Assembly (NCBI GenBank): GCA_029821265.1
Contig: JALGTR010000001.1
Span: 1 to 46,530, forward strand
Length of the DNA: 46,530 nt
Direction: 5' to 3'
Source of the DNA: Candidatus Zipacnadia bacterium
Lineage (GTDB): Bacteria; Armatimonadota; Zipacnadia; Zipacnadales; UBA5352
Part shown: in pieces, positions 9,405-19,395 of the stretch
Layout of the letters: each line of letters starts with the position of its first letter
Numbering within the stretch: the first letter of the stretch is position 1
Position numbers and translations under genes: made by a program
Notes under the pieces: generated by a model
Database searches by the model: none
What the model was told of the DNA's origin: nothing
The model's input: only the letters and a program-made list of their open reading frames with translations

Positions 9405-10445
9405 TCACCCGCTCGCGTCTCGCACCGGCCGCCAGATCTGGAGGCCGTCGTAGTCGAAGTTGAACTCAATGCAGTGCCCGCCGAGATCCTCCACCTCGCG
9501 ACGAACGAGGTGCTCACGATCAGGCTCACACAGCAGCACGATACATCCGCCTCCGCCCGCGCCACAGGCCTTGCCGCCCAGCAGGCCAGCCGGCTCCGCG
9601 ACCGAGAACAGCGCATCAATCTTGGGCGTCGTCATCTCGTCGTACAGGCGCTTCTGGTTCTCCCAGTTCGCGTTCAGCACGGCGCCGACGCGCTCGATGT
9701 CCTCGTCGATGATGGCATCTCGCATGTCGTACGCCGCCTGCCGCAGGTTCAGCAGCGGCTCGGTCATCGCCTGCTCGTTGCGCTTGTAGGCCCCCATAAC
9801 CGTGCTGATGATATCACCCGAAAGCCGGGACTTGCCCGTGTACACGAGCAGCATCGACTTCTCGAGTTCCATCATGAAGTCGCGCGAGGGCTCAAGGCGC
9901 TCAACGGTAACGTCGGGGTCCTTGAAGGTCATGAAGGAGAGCCCACCGCAGGCTGCGGCGTACTGATCCTGCTTGCCCCCCTCGATGCCCAGCTCATCGA
10001 CCTCGAGCAGATTCGCGACCGCGGCGATGTCCATCCGCGACATCTCGCGGCCCTGCATGGCATCGAGCAGCCCGACGAGCGCGACCCCCATCGACGCGCT
10101 GGAGCCGGTTCCCGAGCCCGGAGGCGCCTCCGAGCGCGTAATCAGATGCCCGCCGAAGTCGAGGTTCATCCGGCGCACGGCCGCCTTCAGCAGGTCCAGA
10201 GAGCCGTTGTACTCAAGCTCACGGATGGTTCGTGCGCGGATGTACTGATCGTAATCGGCCGACTCGAGGATGAACTCCCCCGTGTCGTTAGCGAAAAGCG
10301 TCGCGTAGGCGTAGCGGGTGATGGCGACGTTGACAACCGCCCCGCCCTGCTCGGCGCTGAACGGCGGCACGTCGCTCCAGCCGCCGGCCAGATCGATCCG
10401 CACAGGGGCGCGGGCTCGCCGTGGTCCGTTCGGGATATCCGCCAT
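9405..10445 (-). CDS. GHMP-family sugar kinase (heptose-7-phosphate kinase / fucokinase-like)
   Basis: Start is MADIPNG at ATG 10445. Has [18 protein letters not shown] motif [12 protein letters not shown] and C-terminal [10 protein letters not shown]. It lies between rfbD and ahcY with intergenic gaps of 4 and 16 nt. Confidence 0.85.
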   Translation of the reverse strand: MADIPNGPRRARAPVRIDLAGGWSDVPPFSAEQGGAVVNVAITRYAYATLFANDTGEFILESADYDQYIRARTIRELEYNGSLDLLKAAVRRMNLDFGGHLITRSEAPPGSGTGSSASMGVALVGLLDAMQGREMSRMDIAAVANLLEVDELGIEGGKQDQYAAACGGLSFMTFKDPDVTVERLEPSRDFMMELEKSMLLVYTGKSRLSGDIISTVMGAYKRNEQAMTEPLLNLRQAAYDMRDAIIDEDIERVGAVLNANWENQKRLYDEMTTPKIDALFSVAEPAGLLGGKACGAGGGGCIVLLCEPDREHLVRREVEDLGGHCIEFNFDYDGLQIWRPVRDASG

Positions 10446-10461
10446 CAGGTCTCGCCTCCTG

Positions 10462-11334
10462 TCAGGCGTGCGCCCAACGCGTCGTGAGGATATTGACATA
10501 CTCGCGCAACGCCTCGCGCCACGGCCGCAGCGGCTCGATGCCAAGCTCCTCCATCCGCTCGCTGCGCAGGATAGCGTTCAACGGGCGGCGGGTCGGACTG
10601 TCCCATTGCTCGCTCGGTATGCCGCGTATCTGCACGTTCTCGAGGCCGGCCATCTCCAGGGCAACTTGAGCGAACCTCAGTCGCGAGCAGGAGCGGCTGT
10701 TGGTCAGGTGCAGGATGCCGCGCGCCCGGACCTGCAGCACGCGCCAGATCCCGCGAGCGAGGTCGGGCGTGTACGTGGGGCGGCCATATTCGTTGTTTAC
10801 CACACGCAGGCTCCGGCCGGATCGAGCCGCATCGAGAATCGCCGCGACGAAATTGCGCCCTCCGGGACCGTAGAGCCATTGCGTGCGGACGATCAGATGG
10901 TCCTCGCACCGCCGGGCGGCCTCTTCTCCGCCAAGCTTGCTCTTCCCGTAGGCATTGATCGGCGAGGGGCGATCCGATTCCACGTACGGACCATCCTCGC
11001 CATCGAAGACGTAGTCGGTACTTACGTAAAGCAGTCTGGCACCGATCTGGCTGCAGACGTCGGCAACGTGGCCGGTCGCCTCGGCGTTCGCCTCCCAGGC
11101 GGCTGCGGGCTCCCGGCTGGCCCCGTCCACGTCCGTCCAGGCGGCACAATGCACAACGACATCAGGCCCGACCTCGGTAAGGCAGGCCCGGACCTCATCG
11201 GCTCTGGTGAGATCGGCGTCGGCACGCGTCAGAGGAACGACGTTCGCCCATCGTGGCGCCAGGCGAGTGACTTCCTGTCCGAGCATGCCCGCTGATCCGG
11301 TCACCGCTACGGTTGACCGCTCTGCGGTCGTCAT
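10462..11334 (-). CDS. rfbD: dTDP-4-dehydrorhamnose reductase
   Basis: 290 aa. VTGSAGMLG Rossmann motif, HCAAWTDVD, STDYVFDG and YGKSKLGGE (YxxxK) are typical RmlD features. Confidence 0.88.
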   Translation of the reverse strand: MTTAERSTVAVTGSAGMLGQEVTRLAPRWANVVPLTRADADLTRADEVRACLTEVGPDVVVHCAAWTDVDGASREPAAAWEANAEATGHVADVCSQIGARLLYVSTDYVFDGEDGPYVESDRPSPINAYGKSKLGGEEAARRCEDHLIVRTQWLYGPGGRNFVAAILDAARSGRSLRVVNNEYGRPTYTPDLARGIWRVLQVRARGILHLTNSRSCSRLRFAQVALEMAGLENVQIRGIPSEQWDSPTRRPLNAILRSERMEELGIEPLRPWREALREYVNILTTRWAHA

Positions 11335-11484
11335 CTCGCAGACAGACTATCAGTTTGCGCACCAGGTGTCAACGCGTCCCGGGGCGCGATATCCGTTCAA
11401 CGGCGATCACGATGAGTGCGGCCTCGGCGGGTCCCGAGGACCGCGAAGCAGGCGAAGTCTTAACGAGCTGCGAAGCCCGACACA

Positions 11485-11513
11485 TTGCGTGTCGCTGCTC
11501 ACTGTGGTATACT
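11485..11513 (+). promoter_or_regulatory. Sigma70-like promoter upstream of relA/spoT
   Basis: TTGCGT (11485-11490), a 17-nt spacer, then TATACT (11508-11513), about 44 nt upstream of ATG 11557. It sits in the divergent rfbD/relA intergenic region. Confidence 0.4.
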
Positions 11514-11556
11514 TACCCAAATAGCTCCGCGGCTTTGCGATACGTTCCTTTTAGCC

Positions 11557-13746
11557 ATGGCTAACAATCATCCGGACAATCTGGATGCTATCCTCAGGCG
11601 CGTTGAGGGCTACTGGTCGAGCGAGGATATCGCCCGGCTCCGAGACGCGTTCGAATTTGCTTGTGAAGCGCACGCCCAGAACAAGCCCCGAAGGACCGGC
11701 CACCCCTTCATCTCGCATCCGCTGGCGGTTGCGGAGATCCTGACCGAGATCGAGGCGGATCCATCGACTGTCACAGCCGGGATCCTCCATGACACGGTCG
11801 AGGACACCGACGTGACGATCGAGCAGATCGAGGAGCGCTTCGGCGAGAACATCGCGAAGCTGGTGGACGGGGTGACCAAGCTCACGCGTCTGAACTTCCA
11901 CACGCGCCAGGAGCGGCAGGCCGGGAACCTGCGGAAGATGTTCCTGGCGATGGCCCAGGACATCCGGGTGATCCTGATTAAGTTCGCCGACCGCCTGCAC
12001 AACATGCGCACACTGTTCGCGCTCCCGGAGGACAAGCAGCGGGCGATCGCTCTCGAGACGCTGCACATCTTCGCGCCCCTGGCGCACCGCCTCGGGATCT
12101 GGCGCTTCAAGTGGGAGCTCGAGGACCTGTGTCTTCGCTATCTCGAGCCGGAGCGCTACTACGAGATCGCTCAGCAGCTCGGTCAGGGACGCGCTGAGCG
12201 CGAAGAGAAGATCGAGAAGGTCCGCTCTGCAGTGCAGGGCCGTCTGGCCACCGAGGGTATCAAGGCCACGGTGCAGGGCCGGGCGAAGCATATCTACTCC
12301 ATCGCCCGGAAGATGGAGGATCAGGACATCAGCTTCGATCAGATCGCCGATCTCGCGGCCATCAGGATCATCACCGACGACGTCGCCGACTGCTACGCGG
12401 CTCTCGGCCTGGTGCACGAGCTGTGGATCCCGATTCAGGGGATGTTCACCGATTACATCGCCAAGCCGAAGGCGAACAAGTACCAGTCGCTGCACACCAA
12501 GGTGATCGGCCCTGACAAGCAGCCCCTCGAGGTGCAGATCCGCACCTGGGAGATGCATCGGGTGGCCGAGTACGGGGTGGCCGCTCACTGGCGCTACAAG
12601 GAGGGTGGCGAGGGCACCCCCTCCGACGAGCAGATCTCGCTGCTGCGTCAGGTGTTGGAGCTTGAGACCGATCTCGCGGAGAGCCATGAGTTTCTGGAGC
12701 TGCTGCAGACGGATCTGTTCAACGACCAGGTCTTCGTCTTTACCCCCGATGGCGACGTGATTGATCTGCCGGCCGGCGCGGGCCCGATCGACTTCGCCTA
12801 CCGCATTCACACCGAGATCGGCCATCACTGCGTCGGTGCGCGGGTTAATGGCAGACAGGTGCCGCTCAACTACGAGTTCAGTAACGGCGACATTGCTGAG
12901 ATCATCACCTCCCCATCTGCCGAGCCGAGTCGGGACTGGCTGGAGCTGATACGTTCCTCGAAGGCCAAGGCCAAGGTTCGACGGCACCTTCGGGCCAAGA
13001 TGCACGCTGAGAACGTCGAGGCGGGCCGAGCGGCACTTCGAGAGGCGCTTGAGGATTACCCGCCGAGCATCCGCGAGAAGATCGATCTCAACGATCTGTC
13101 CGAGGTGCTGCAGGACTTCGGTTTTCGGGAGACCGATGACCTGCTGGCCTCCATCGGCTACGGTGACACAGAGGCGGGCACGGTGCTCAAGCACCTGGTC
13201 GCCGACGAAGTGCAGCCGGGCAGCCTCGCAGAGGAGGTTGAGCAGGTCCTCGGCGAGGGGTCGGCGAGCGTGAGGAAGGCGCGCGGATCGCCGGCGGTCA
13301 CTGTTGACGGCGTGGAGGGCTTCCAGTGCCGCCGCAGCAAATGCTGCTCTCCGCTGCCGGGCGATCCCATCACAGGCTACATCACGCGCGGTAAAGGCCT
13401 CACGATCCATCGGTCGGACTGCAAGAACCTGCGCTACCATGCGCAGAACGAACCGGATCGGGTGGTGCCGCTGAAGTGGTCACGCGACACCAAGGATTCC
13501 GTCTTCCAGCACGAGATCGAGATCGTCGCGGTCGATCGCGTGGGTCTGTTCTCGCATATCGCGGCCGTGATCGCTGAGTGTGGCATCAATATCACATCGG
13601 CGAACGCCACGACGACTGACGCGGGCGTGGCGCGACTGGATTTGCGTCTGGACATCCGCAGGCGCGAGGACCTTGACCACGTCCTCGAGAGGCTCAGGTC
13701 CCTCATCGATGTGTTGAGCGTCCGACATATGTCCCTCACGCGGTAA
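11557..13746 (+). CDS. relA: Bifunctional (p)ppGpp synthetase/hydrolase, RelA/SpoT (Rsh) family
   Basis: Has an HD hydrolase domain (HPLAVAEIL...ILHDTVEDT), a synthetase domain (YIAKPKANKYQSLHT, QIRTWEMH, AHWRYKE), then TGS (FTPDGDVIDLPAGAGPIDFAY) and a C-terminal ACT-like domain. Start ATG 11557 (MANNHPD). Confidence 0.95.
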   Translation: MANNHPDNLDAILRRVEGYWSSEDIARLRDAFEFACEAHAQNKPRRTGHPFISHPLAVAEILTEIEADPSTVTAGILHDTVEDTDVTIEQIEERFGENIAKLVDGVTKLTRLNFHTRQERQAGNLRKMFLAMAQDIRVILIKFADRLHNMRTLFALPEDKQRAIALETLHIFAPLAHRLGIWRFKWELEDLCLRYLEPERYYEIAQQLGQGRAEREEKIEKVRSAVQGRLATEGIKATVQGRAKHIYSIARKMEDQDISFDQIADLAAIRIITDDVADCYAALGLVHELWIPIQGMFTDYIAKPKANKYQSLHTKVIGPDKQPLEVQIRTWEMHRVAEYGVAAHWRYKEGGEGTPSDEQISLLRQVLELETDLAESHEFLELLQTDLFNDQVFVFTPDGDVIDLPAGAGPIDFAYRIHTEIGHHCVGARVNGRQVPLNYEFSNGDIAEIITSPSAEPSRDWLELIRSSKAKAKVRRHLRAKMHAENVEAGRAALREALEDYPPSIREKIDLNDLSEVLQDFGFRETDDLLASIGYGDTEAGTVLKHLVADEVQPGSLAEEVEQVLGEGSASVRKARGSPAVTVDGVEGFQCRRSKCCSPLPGDPITGYITRGKGLTIHRSDCKNLRYHAQNEPDRVVPLKWSRDTKDSVFQHEIEIVAVDRVGLFSHIAAVIAECGINITSANATTTDAGVARLDLRLDIRRREDLDHVLERLRSLIDVLSVRHMSLTR

Positions 13747-13837
13747 TTGCCGCTTCAGGCGCAACCTTTCCCCTGCCAGTCCCTCTAAGAGTGAGTATCA
13801 CCCGCGCGGCTGCCCGCGCTGCAACATGACATGAGGT

Positions 13838-14947
13838 GTGCCATCTGTGGAAATCCCTCTGGTAGATCTGAAAACCCAGTACGAAGAGCTGCGTGAGGAA
13901 GTCATGGCAGCCTTCGATGAAGCGCTGACGGGGATGCACCTCGCCCTTGGCCCGAACGTCGAGGCGTTCGAAAGCGAATGGGCTGAATTCTGCCAGGCCA
14001 GGCACGCAATCGGCGTCGGCAACGGCACCGAGGCGCTGCACCTGCTGCTCCGCGCGCACGGGATTGGCCCGGGCGACGAGGTCATCACCGTCTCCTTCAC
14101 GTTCATCGCCACGATCGAGGCCATCCTCCAGGCCGGCGCGACCCCGGTGCTGGTGGATATCGACCCTGAGACGATGTGCATCGATCCAGCGCAGGTCGCG
14201 CGCAGGATCACGCCCAATACCCGCGCGATCATAGCGGTGCATCTTTACGGCCATCCGGCGGACATGGACGGTTTGCGCGAGGTCATCGGCGAGCGCGACA
14301 TCCTGCTGCTTGAGGACGCCGCGCAGGCGCATGGAGCGGAGTACCGAGGCCGCCGCACCGGCAGCCTCGGCAACGGCGCAGCGTTCAGCTTCTACCTGAG
14401 CAAGAACCTCGCCGCGTACGGCGAGGCTGGCGCGATCACCTGCGATGACGATGAGCTCGACGCCCGTGTGCGCGCGTTGCGGGTGCATGGCAGCGAGGAG
14501 AGGTACGTACACCGCTACATCGGGTATAACAGCAGGCTCGATGAGCTGCAGGCCGCAGTTCTGCGCATCAAGCTCCGACGCCTCGATGAGTGGAACGATG
14601 CCCGCCGGCGGGCGGCCCAACGCTACAACGCGGGCCTCGCCGACCTTGACCTGACGCTGCCCGTCGAGAAGGACTGGGCGCGGCACGTCTACCATGTGTA
14701 CACGATCCGCACGCGGCGTCGGGACGAGCTGGCGGAGGCCCTGGCTGAGGCGGGGATCGGTCACGCGATCCACTACCGCATCCCGTGCCACCGGCAGCAG
14801 GCGCTGTCCGGGCTCGGCTACGACGATCTCGACCTCCCGGAGACCGAGCGGGCCGCCGATGAGGTGCTGTCGCTTCCGATGTATCCCGAGCTGCGTGACG
14901 AGCAGATCGACTACGTTTGCGAAGTGGTTCGCGACACCCTCGGCTGA
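13838..14947 (+). CDS. DegT/DnrJ/EryC1/StrS-family PLP-dependent sugar aminotransferase
   Basis: Family-typical blocks: VDLKTQYEEL, GPNVEAFESEWAEF, GNGTEALHL, DAAQAHGA and FSFYLSKNLAAYGEAG (PLP lysine). GTG 13838 is the ORF-track start. GTG 13847 is an alternative, 8 nt after GAGGTG. Confidence 0.9.
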   Translation: MPSVEIPLVDLKTQYEELREEVMAAFDEALTGMHLALGPNVEAFESEWAEFCQARHAIGVGNGTEALHLLLRAHGIGPGDEVITVSFTFIATIEAILQAGATPVLVDIDPETMCIDPAQVARRITPNTRAIIAVHLYGHPADMDGLREVIGERDILLLEDAAQAHGAEYRGRRTGSLGNGAAFSFYLSKNLAAYGEAGAITCDDDELDARVRALRVHGSEERYVHRYIGYNSRLDELQAAVLRIKLRRLDEWNDARRRAAQRYNAGLADLDLTLPVEKDWARHVYHVYTIRTRRRDELAEALAEAGIGHAIHYRIPCHRQQALSGLGYDDLDLPETERAADEVLSLPMYPELRDEQIDYVCEVVRDTLG

Positions 14948-15090
14948 GGCACGACCGCCGCGTGAGCGGAACATCTCCGCCGGGGCTCCTCGACGGACAG
15001 GGCGGATTCGATCAGCGGCGCCATCTTCGCTGCGACCGTCCTCATGTTTGCGCCATCGCACGACGAGGCGTCGGGCTGCGAGTGTGAAAG

Positions 15091-15118
15091 CGGGGCCGAC
15101 ACACGCCTGCCGGCCCCG
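15091..15118. terminator. GC-rich hairpin between the convergent DegT and ACT genes (possible bidirectional terminator)
   Basis: CGGGGCCG (15091-15098) pairs with CGGCCCCG (15111-15118) around a 12-nt loop. On the minus strand it is followed by CTTTCAC, which is only a weak U-tract. Confidence 0.3.
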
Positions 15119-15148
15119 ATGGCGTTCTGTCAGCCCGCGCGCCCCGGC

Positions 15149-15601
15149 CTACAGCTCGTAGACGCGCTCTGAGGGGATGACCTGGATGCCCGCTTTTTCG
15201 AGCACGTCGAGCGTGGTATCGAGCACCTGGTCATCGACCTTGAAGAGCACCACTGCGTCGCCGGCGATGGTAATGAAGAACGCGTACATATACTCGACGT
15301 TGATACCCTTCGCCTGAAGCTCGCCGAGGACCTCGCCGAGGCCGCCGGGCCGGTCAGGGATACGCAGAGCCAGCACGCCGGTGCTGCCGACCGAGAAGCC
15401 TTCATCCTGAAGCACCTCGACGGCCGCGTCAGGATCATCGACGATCAGTCGCAGGATGCCGAAGTCCGAGGTGTCGGCGATGCAGAGGGCGCGAATGTTG
15501 ATATCCTCGCGGCCCAGCACCTGGCACACCTCCGCGAGCCGGCCCGACTTATTCTCGAGGAAGACCGAGACCTGCTTGCACAGAACATCGTTTGTGGTCA
15601 T
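15149..15601 (-). CDS. ACT domain-containing protein (tandem ACT), PaaK/IOR-associated
   Basis: 150 aa. VFLENKSGRLAEVCQVLGREDINIRAL and IPDRPGGLGEVLGELQAKGINVEY are two ACT-like beta-alpha-beta-beta-alpha-beta units. It starts 4 nt after the paaK stop. Confidence 0.85.
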   Translation of the reverse strand: MTTNDVLCKQVSVFLENKSGRLAEVCQVLGREDINIRALCIADTSDFGILRLIVDDPDAAVEVLQDEGFSVGSTGVLALRIPDRPGGLGEVLGELQAKGINVEYMYAFFITIAGDAVVLFKVDDQVLDTTLDVLEKAGIQVIPSERVYEL

Positions 15602-15604
15602 CGC

Positions 15605-16906
15605 TCACGCCTCCTCACGGTTGTCAATGACACGCTTGGCCTTGCCGGCGAAGCGCTCGATGGTTTTGGGCTCGACGAGTTTGACGTCGACGCGGATGCC
15701 GAGGGTGGAGACCAGCCGTTCGCGGATCTTCTCCTCAATGGCCTCAAGCTTGCGCACCTCGTCGGAGAACATGCCCGGTGAGACCTCGACCTGCACCTCG
15801 AGGTTATCCAGCCGGCCCTCTCGGGTGAGCACGAGCTGGTAGTGCGGCTCGACCTCGTCCATCTTCAGGAGGATCTCCTCGATCTGCGACGGGAAGACGT
15901 TCACGCCGCGGATGATGAGCATATCGTCGGTCCGGCCGGTGATGCGTTCCATGCGCGGCTGCGTGCGCCCGCACTCGCAGGGTTCGTAATGCAGCCGGGT
16001 GATGTCGCGGGTGCGGAAGCGGATGATCGGGAACGCGCGCTTGGTGATGCACGTGAAGACCAGCTCGCCCTGCTCACCCGGCGGCAGCTGTTCGCCGGTG
16101 TCGGGGTCGATGATCTCGGGGACGAAGTGGTCGTCGAAGATGTGTAGCCCGGCCTTGGCCTCGCACTCGGCGGCGACGCCCGGTCCGATGATCTCGGTGA
16201 GTCCGTAGATATCGTGCGCGGACAGCCCGAGGCGCTCCTCGATGCTCTCACGGGCCCCCTCGCTCCATGGCTCGGCACCAAAGAGCCCTGACTTGAGGTT
16301 GATGCGGCTGAGGTCGAAGCCGAGCTCCTCCGCCTGATCGACGATGGTGAGGGCGTAGGAGGGGGTGCAGCAGAGGATCGAGCTGCCGAGGTCCTCCATC
16401 AGCATAAGCTGACGCTCGGTGTTGCCGCCGGAGGCCGGGACCACGAGACAGCCCATCAGCTCGCCGCCGTAGTGCAGCCCAAGTCCGCCGGTGAACAGCC
16501 CGTAGCCGTAGGCGTTATGCAGCACGTCATGGCTGGTGCCGCCGCCGCACGCGATCGTGCGGGCGATGGTCTCAGCCCAGATGCCGATGTCCTCGGGGGT
16601 GTAGCCGACAATGACGGGCTTGCCGGTCGTCCCGGAGGAGGCGTGGATGCGCACACATTCCTCGGGGGGGACGGCGAAGAGCCCGAACGGATAGGTGTCT
16701 CGCAGATCCTCCTTGGTCGTGAACGGCAGCTTCGCGAGATCATCCATCGACTTGATGTCACCCGGCTCGATCCCCCTCTCGGCGAACCGATCGCGGTACC
16801 ACGGCACGTTCACGTTCAGGCGGGCGACGGTCTCCCGCAGGCGCCTTAGCTGCAGCTCCCGCCGTTCCTCGGGATCCATGCACTCGTAGAACGGGTCCCA
16901 GATCAT
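15605..16906 (-). CDS. paaK: Phenylacetate-CoA ligase family (PaaK-like aryl-acid adenylating enzyme), copy 1
   Basis: Start is MIWDPFYE at ATG 16906, with GGAGG 9 nt upstream. Has [59 protein letters not shown]. Confidence 0.92.
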   Translation of the reverse strand: MIWDPFYECMDPEERRELQLRRLRETVARLNVNVPWYRDRFAERGIEPGDIKSMDDLAKLPFTTKEDLRDTYPFGLFAVPPEECVRIHASSGTTGKPVIVGYTPEDIGIWAETIARTIACGGGTSHDVLHNAYGYGLFTGGLGLHYGGELMGCLVVPASGGNTERQLMLMEDLGSSILCCTPSYALTIVDQAEELGFDLSRINLKSGLFGAEPWSEGARESIEERLGLSAHDIYGLTEIIGPGVAAECEAKAGLHIFDDHFVPEIIDPDTGEQLPPGEQGELVFTCITKRAFPIIRFRTRDITRLHYEPCECGRTQPRMERITGRTDDMLIIRGVNVFPSQIEEILLKMDEVEPHYQLVLTREGRLDNLEVQVEVSPGMFSDEVRKLEAIEEKIRERLVSTLGIRVDVKLVEPKTIERFAGKAKRVIDNREEA

Positions 16907-16977
16907 CCTGCGACGCCTCCTCATCTCTGTGTCACGACCTCGGAGCGCACTTCGGACAGCGCGTCCCGTACGACATC

Positions 16978-17568
16978 TCACTGCACCTTCACGAGCTCAC
17001 GGCCAGCCTCGAGGGCGCGGAGATTGATCTCCACCGCATTCGGCTTCAGCACAAGCCGCAGCGCCTGCTTCCATGCATCATCGGGCAGATCGCTGAGTGT
17101 CGAGAACGCGCCGAGCATGACAGTATTTGCCGCGCGCGGCTCGCCAAGCCCGATCGCTGTCTCGGAGGCCTGCACGATGCGCACATCGCGCCCGCTGCGC
17201 ATGAGCCGCTCGACGACGTCGGGCGGGTAGCTGAAGCCGGGAAGGTTCACGATCACCGGCGTGATCCGACGATCATCCACGAACACGACGGCGTCCTGTG
17301 CGACCTGCTTGATCTGCCGCAGCCCCTCCAGCGGCTCGAAGGCGAGCAGAAAATCGGCCTCGCCCTCGGGGATGAGCGGCGACGCGACCTCCTCGTCGGC
17401 GCTGTAGCGCACGTAGCTGTTGACGCTGCCGCCGCGCTGGCTCATGCCGTGGACCTCGCTCTTCTTGACCTGCCAGCCGGCGAGTCGACAGGCCTGCGAG
17501 AGCACGGTGCTCGCGGTGATGATGCCCTGTCCTCCGACGCCGGTGAGAAGCACATTCGTGGCCATCAC
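16978..17568 (-). CDS. iorB: Indolepyruvate:ferredoxin oxidoreductase, beta subunit
   Basis: 196 aa. Has [11 protein letters not shown] and [13 protein letters not shown]. Its start overlaps the iorA stop (ATGA). Confidence 0.92.
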   Translation of the reverse strand: MMATNVLLTGVGGQGIITASTVLSQACRLAGWQVKKSEVHGMSQRGGSVNSYVRYSADEEVASPLIPEGEADFLLAFEPLEGLRQIKQVAQDAVVFVDDRRITPVIVNLPGFSYPPDVVERLMRSGRDVRIVQASETAIGLGEPRAANTVMLGAFSTLSDLPDDAWKQALRLVLKPNAVEINLRALEAGRELVKVQ

Positions 17569-19349
17569 GCATCGCCCTCCTCGGCCTCGGGAACGACCAG
17601 CGCGTCAACGGGGCAGACCTGCACGCACATGGTGCATCCGGTACACAGCGCCCGGTCGATCTGCGGTAGCGTCTTCTCGCCCTCTCCGGACGCGTCGGAA
17701 AGTGCCGGGCAGCCTATCCGGATGCACTGACCGCAGTGGATGCACTTCTCGAGGTCCAGCTCCGGAGCCGGTCTTCTCTCGCGCGCCTGCAGCACACAGG
17801 CCCTCCGAACGATGACCACCGACGGCTCGGGGTTGTCCATAGCCTCCCGCAGAGCCTGCTCGGTCGCGGCCATGTCGTAGGGATCGACCACGCGCACATC
17901 CTCGATGCCGATGGCCCGGGAGAGCTTCACGAAGTCAAGCTCGCGCCCGGGCATGCCCGAGAGGGTCTCCCCCACGCCGGGGTGCACCTGGCCGCCGGTC
18001 ATCGCGGTAGTGCGGTTGTCGAGGATCACGACCGTGCTCACGCCCGCGTTATATGCGATATTCGCGAGACCGGTGATTCCAGAGTGGGTGAATGTGGAAT
18101 CGCCGATTACGGCAACAACCGGGGCCTCGTGGCCGCGGATCTTCTGTATGCCGTGCGCCTCGTTGATGCCCGCCCCCATGCACAGGCAGGTATGCAGCGC
18201 CTGAAGTGGGGGGAGCGTGCCGAGCGTGTAGCAGCCGATGTCGCCCGTGACGAAGGCCTTGAGCTTGCGGAGGGCGACAAACGGGCTGCGATGCGGACAG
18301 CCGGGGCAGAGGGTCGGGGGCCGCGGCGGCAGGTCTTCGTCCGACTCGGTATCAGGCGGGGTCTCGCCGGCGATCATCTGTCGCACGCGATCGGGCGTGA
18401 GCTCGCCGATGCGGAAACCGGCCCCCACCTCCTCGACCTCGACACCCATGGCGAGGATCTCGGTGGTCAGGAATGGATCAAGCTCCTCCACCACGTAGAG
18501 CCTCTCGACGCTCTCGGCGAAGCGCCTGATGCGCTCGGGCGGGAGCGGCCATACAAGGCCGAGCTTCAGGAACGATGCCCGCGGGAAGGCCTCTCTGGCG
18601 TACTGGTAGGCCACGCCAGCGGCGATAATGCCGATCTCCCCGTCGCCGGCCTCCTCCCGGTTCAGGTCGGTCTGCTCGGCGAACTCGATCAGCCTGCGGG
18701 TGCGTTCGGCCATCACCACACGGCGCCTGCGGGCGTGGCCGGGAACCATCACGAACTTCTCGGGCTGCTTCTCCATCTCCCCACGCAGCTCGACTTCCTG
18801 TCGCTCACCGACCTCCACCAGGCCGTCCGAGTGACAGACGCGCGTCACCGGGCGAACGAGGACCGGGACGTCGAACTGCTCGCTTATCTCGAAGCCGCGC
18901 ATGGTGAAGTCGCGCGCCTCCTGGCTGTCGGCCGGCTCAAGCATGGGGACCTTCGCCGCGCGGGCGTAGTTGCGATTGTCCTGCTCGTTCTGGGAGCTGT
19001 GCATCGAGGGATCGTCGGCGGAGATGATGACGATTCCGCCCTCGACACCGGTGTATGAGAGTGTGAAGAGCGGGTCGGCTGCGACGTTCACACCGACGTG
19101 CTTCATGGTGACGAGGGCGCGCGCGCCGGCGATGGACGCTCCGGCGGCGACCTCCAACGCGACCTTCTCGTTGACCGACCACTCGCAGTAGACCGCACCC
19201 AGTTCCTTCAGCGCGGGAAGTATCTCGGAGGAGGGTGTGCCTGGGTAGCCGCTGCCCAGGCGGACGCCGGCCTCCCACGCGCCGCGGGCGATCGCCTCAT
19301 TGCCCGAGAGCAGCAGTGTATTCGAACAATCCGTCTCAATCTGTCCCAT
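17565..19349 (-). CDS. iorA: Indolepyruvate:ferredoxin oxidoreductase, alpha subunit (TPP plus 2x[4Fe-4S])
   Basis: 594 aa. Has GNEAIARGAWEAGV, YPGTPSSEI, SSQNEQDNR, a TPP region GDSTFTHSG, and C-terminal CIHCGQCIRIGCP and CTGCTMCVQVCP ferredoxin motifs. Confidence 0.93.
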   Translation of the reverse strand: MGQIETDCSNTLLLSGNEAIARGAWEAGVRLGSGYPGTPSSEILPALKELGAVYCEWSVNEKVALEVAAGASIAGARALVTMKHVGVNVAADPLFTLSYTGVEGGIVIISADDPSMHSSQNEQDNRNYARAAKVPMLEPADSQEARDFTMRGFEISEQFDVPVLVRPVTRVCHSDGLVEVGERQEVELRGEMEKQPEKFVMVPGHARRRRVVMAERTRRLIEFAEQTDLNREEAGDGEIGIIAAGVAYQYAREAFPRASFLKLGLVWPLPPERIRRFAESVERLYVVEELDPFLTTEILAMGVEVEEVGAGFRIGELTPDRVRQMIAGETPPDTESDEDLPPRPPTLCPGCPHRSPFVALRKLKAFVTGDIGCYTLGTLPPLQALHTCLCMGAGINEAHGIQKIRGHEAPVVAVIGDSTFTHSGITGLANIAYNAGVSTVVILDNRTTAMTGGQVHPGVGETLSGMPGRELDFVKLSRAIGIEDVRVVDPYDMAATEQALREAMDNPEPSVVIVRRACVLQARERRPAPELDLEKCIHCGQCIRIGCPALSDASGEGEKTLPQIDRALCTGCTMCVQVCPVDALVVPEAEEGDA

Positions 19350-19395
19350 GTATTCGCGTCTCCTGTATCTGTTGATCGCAAGCGATGTGGCCGGG

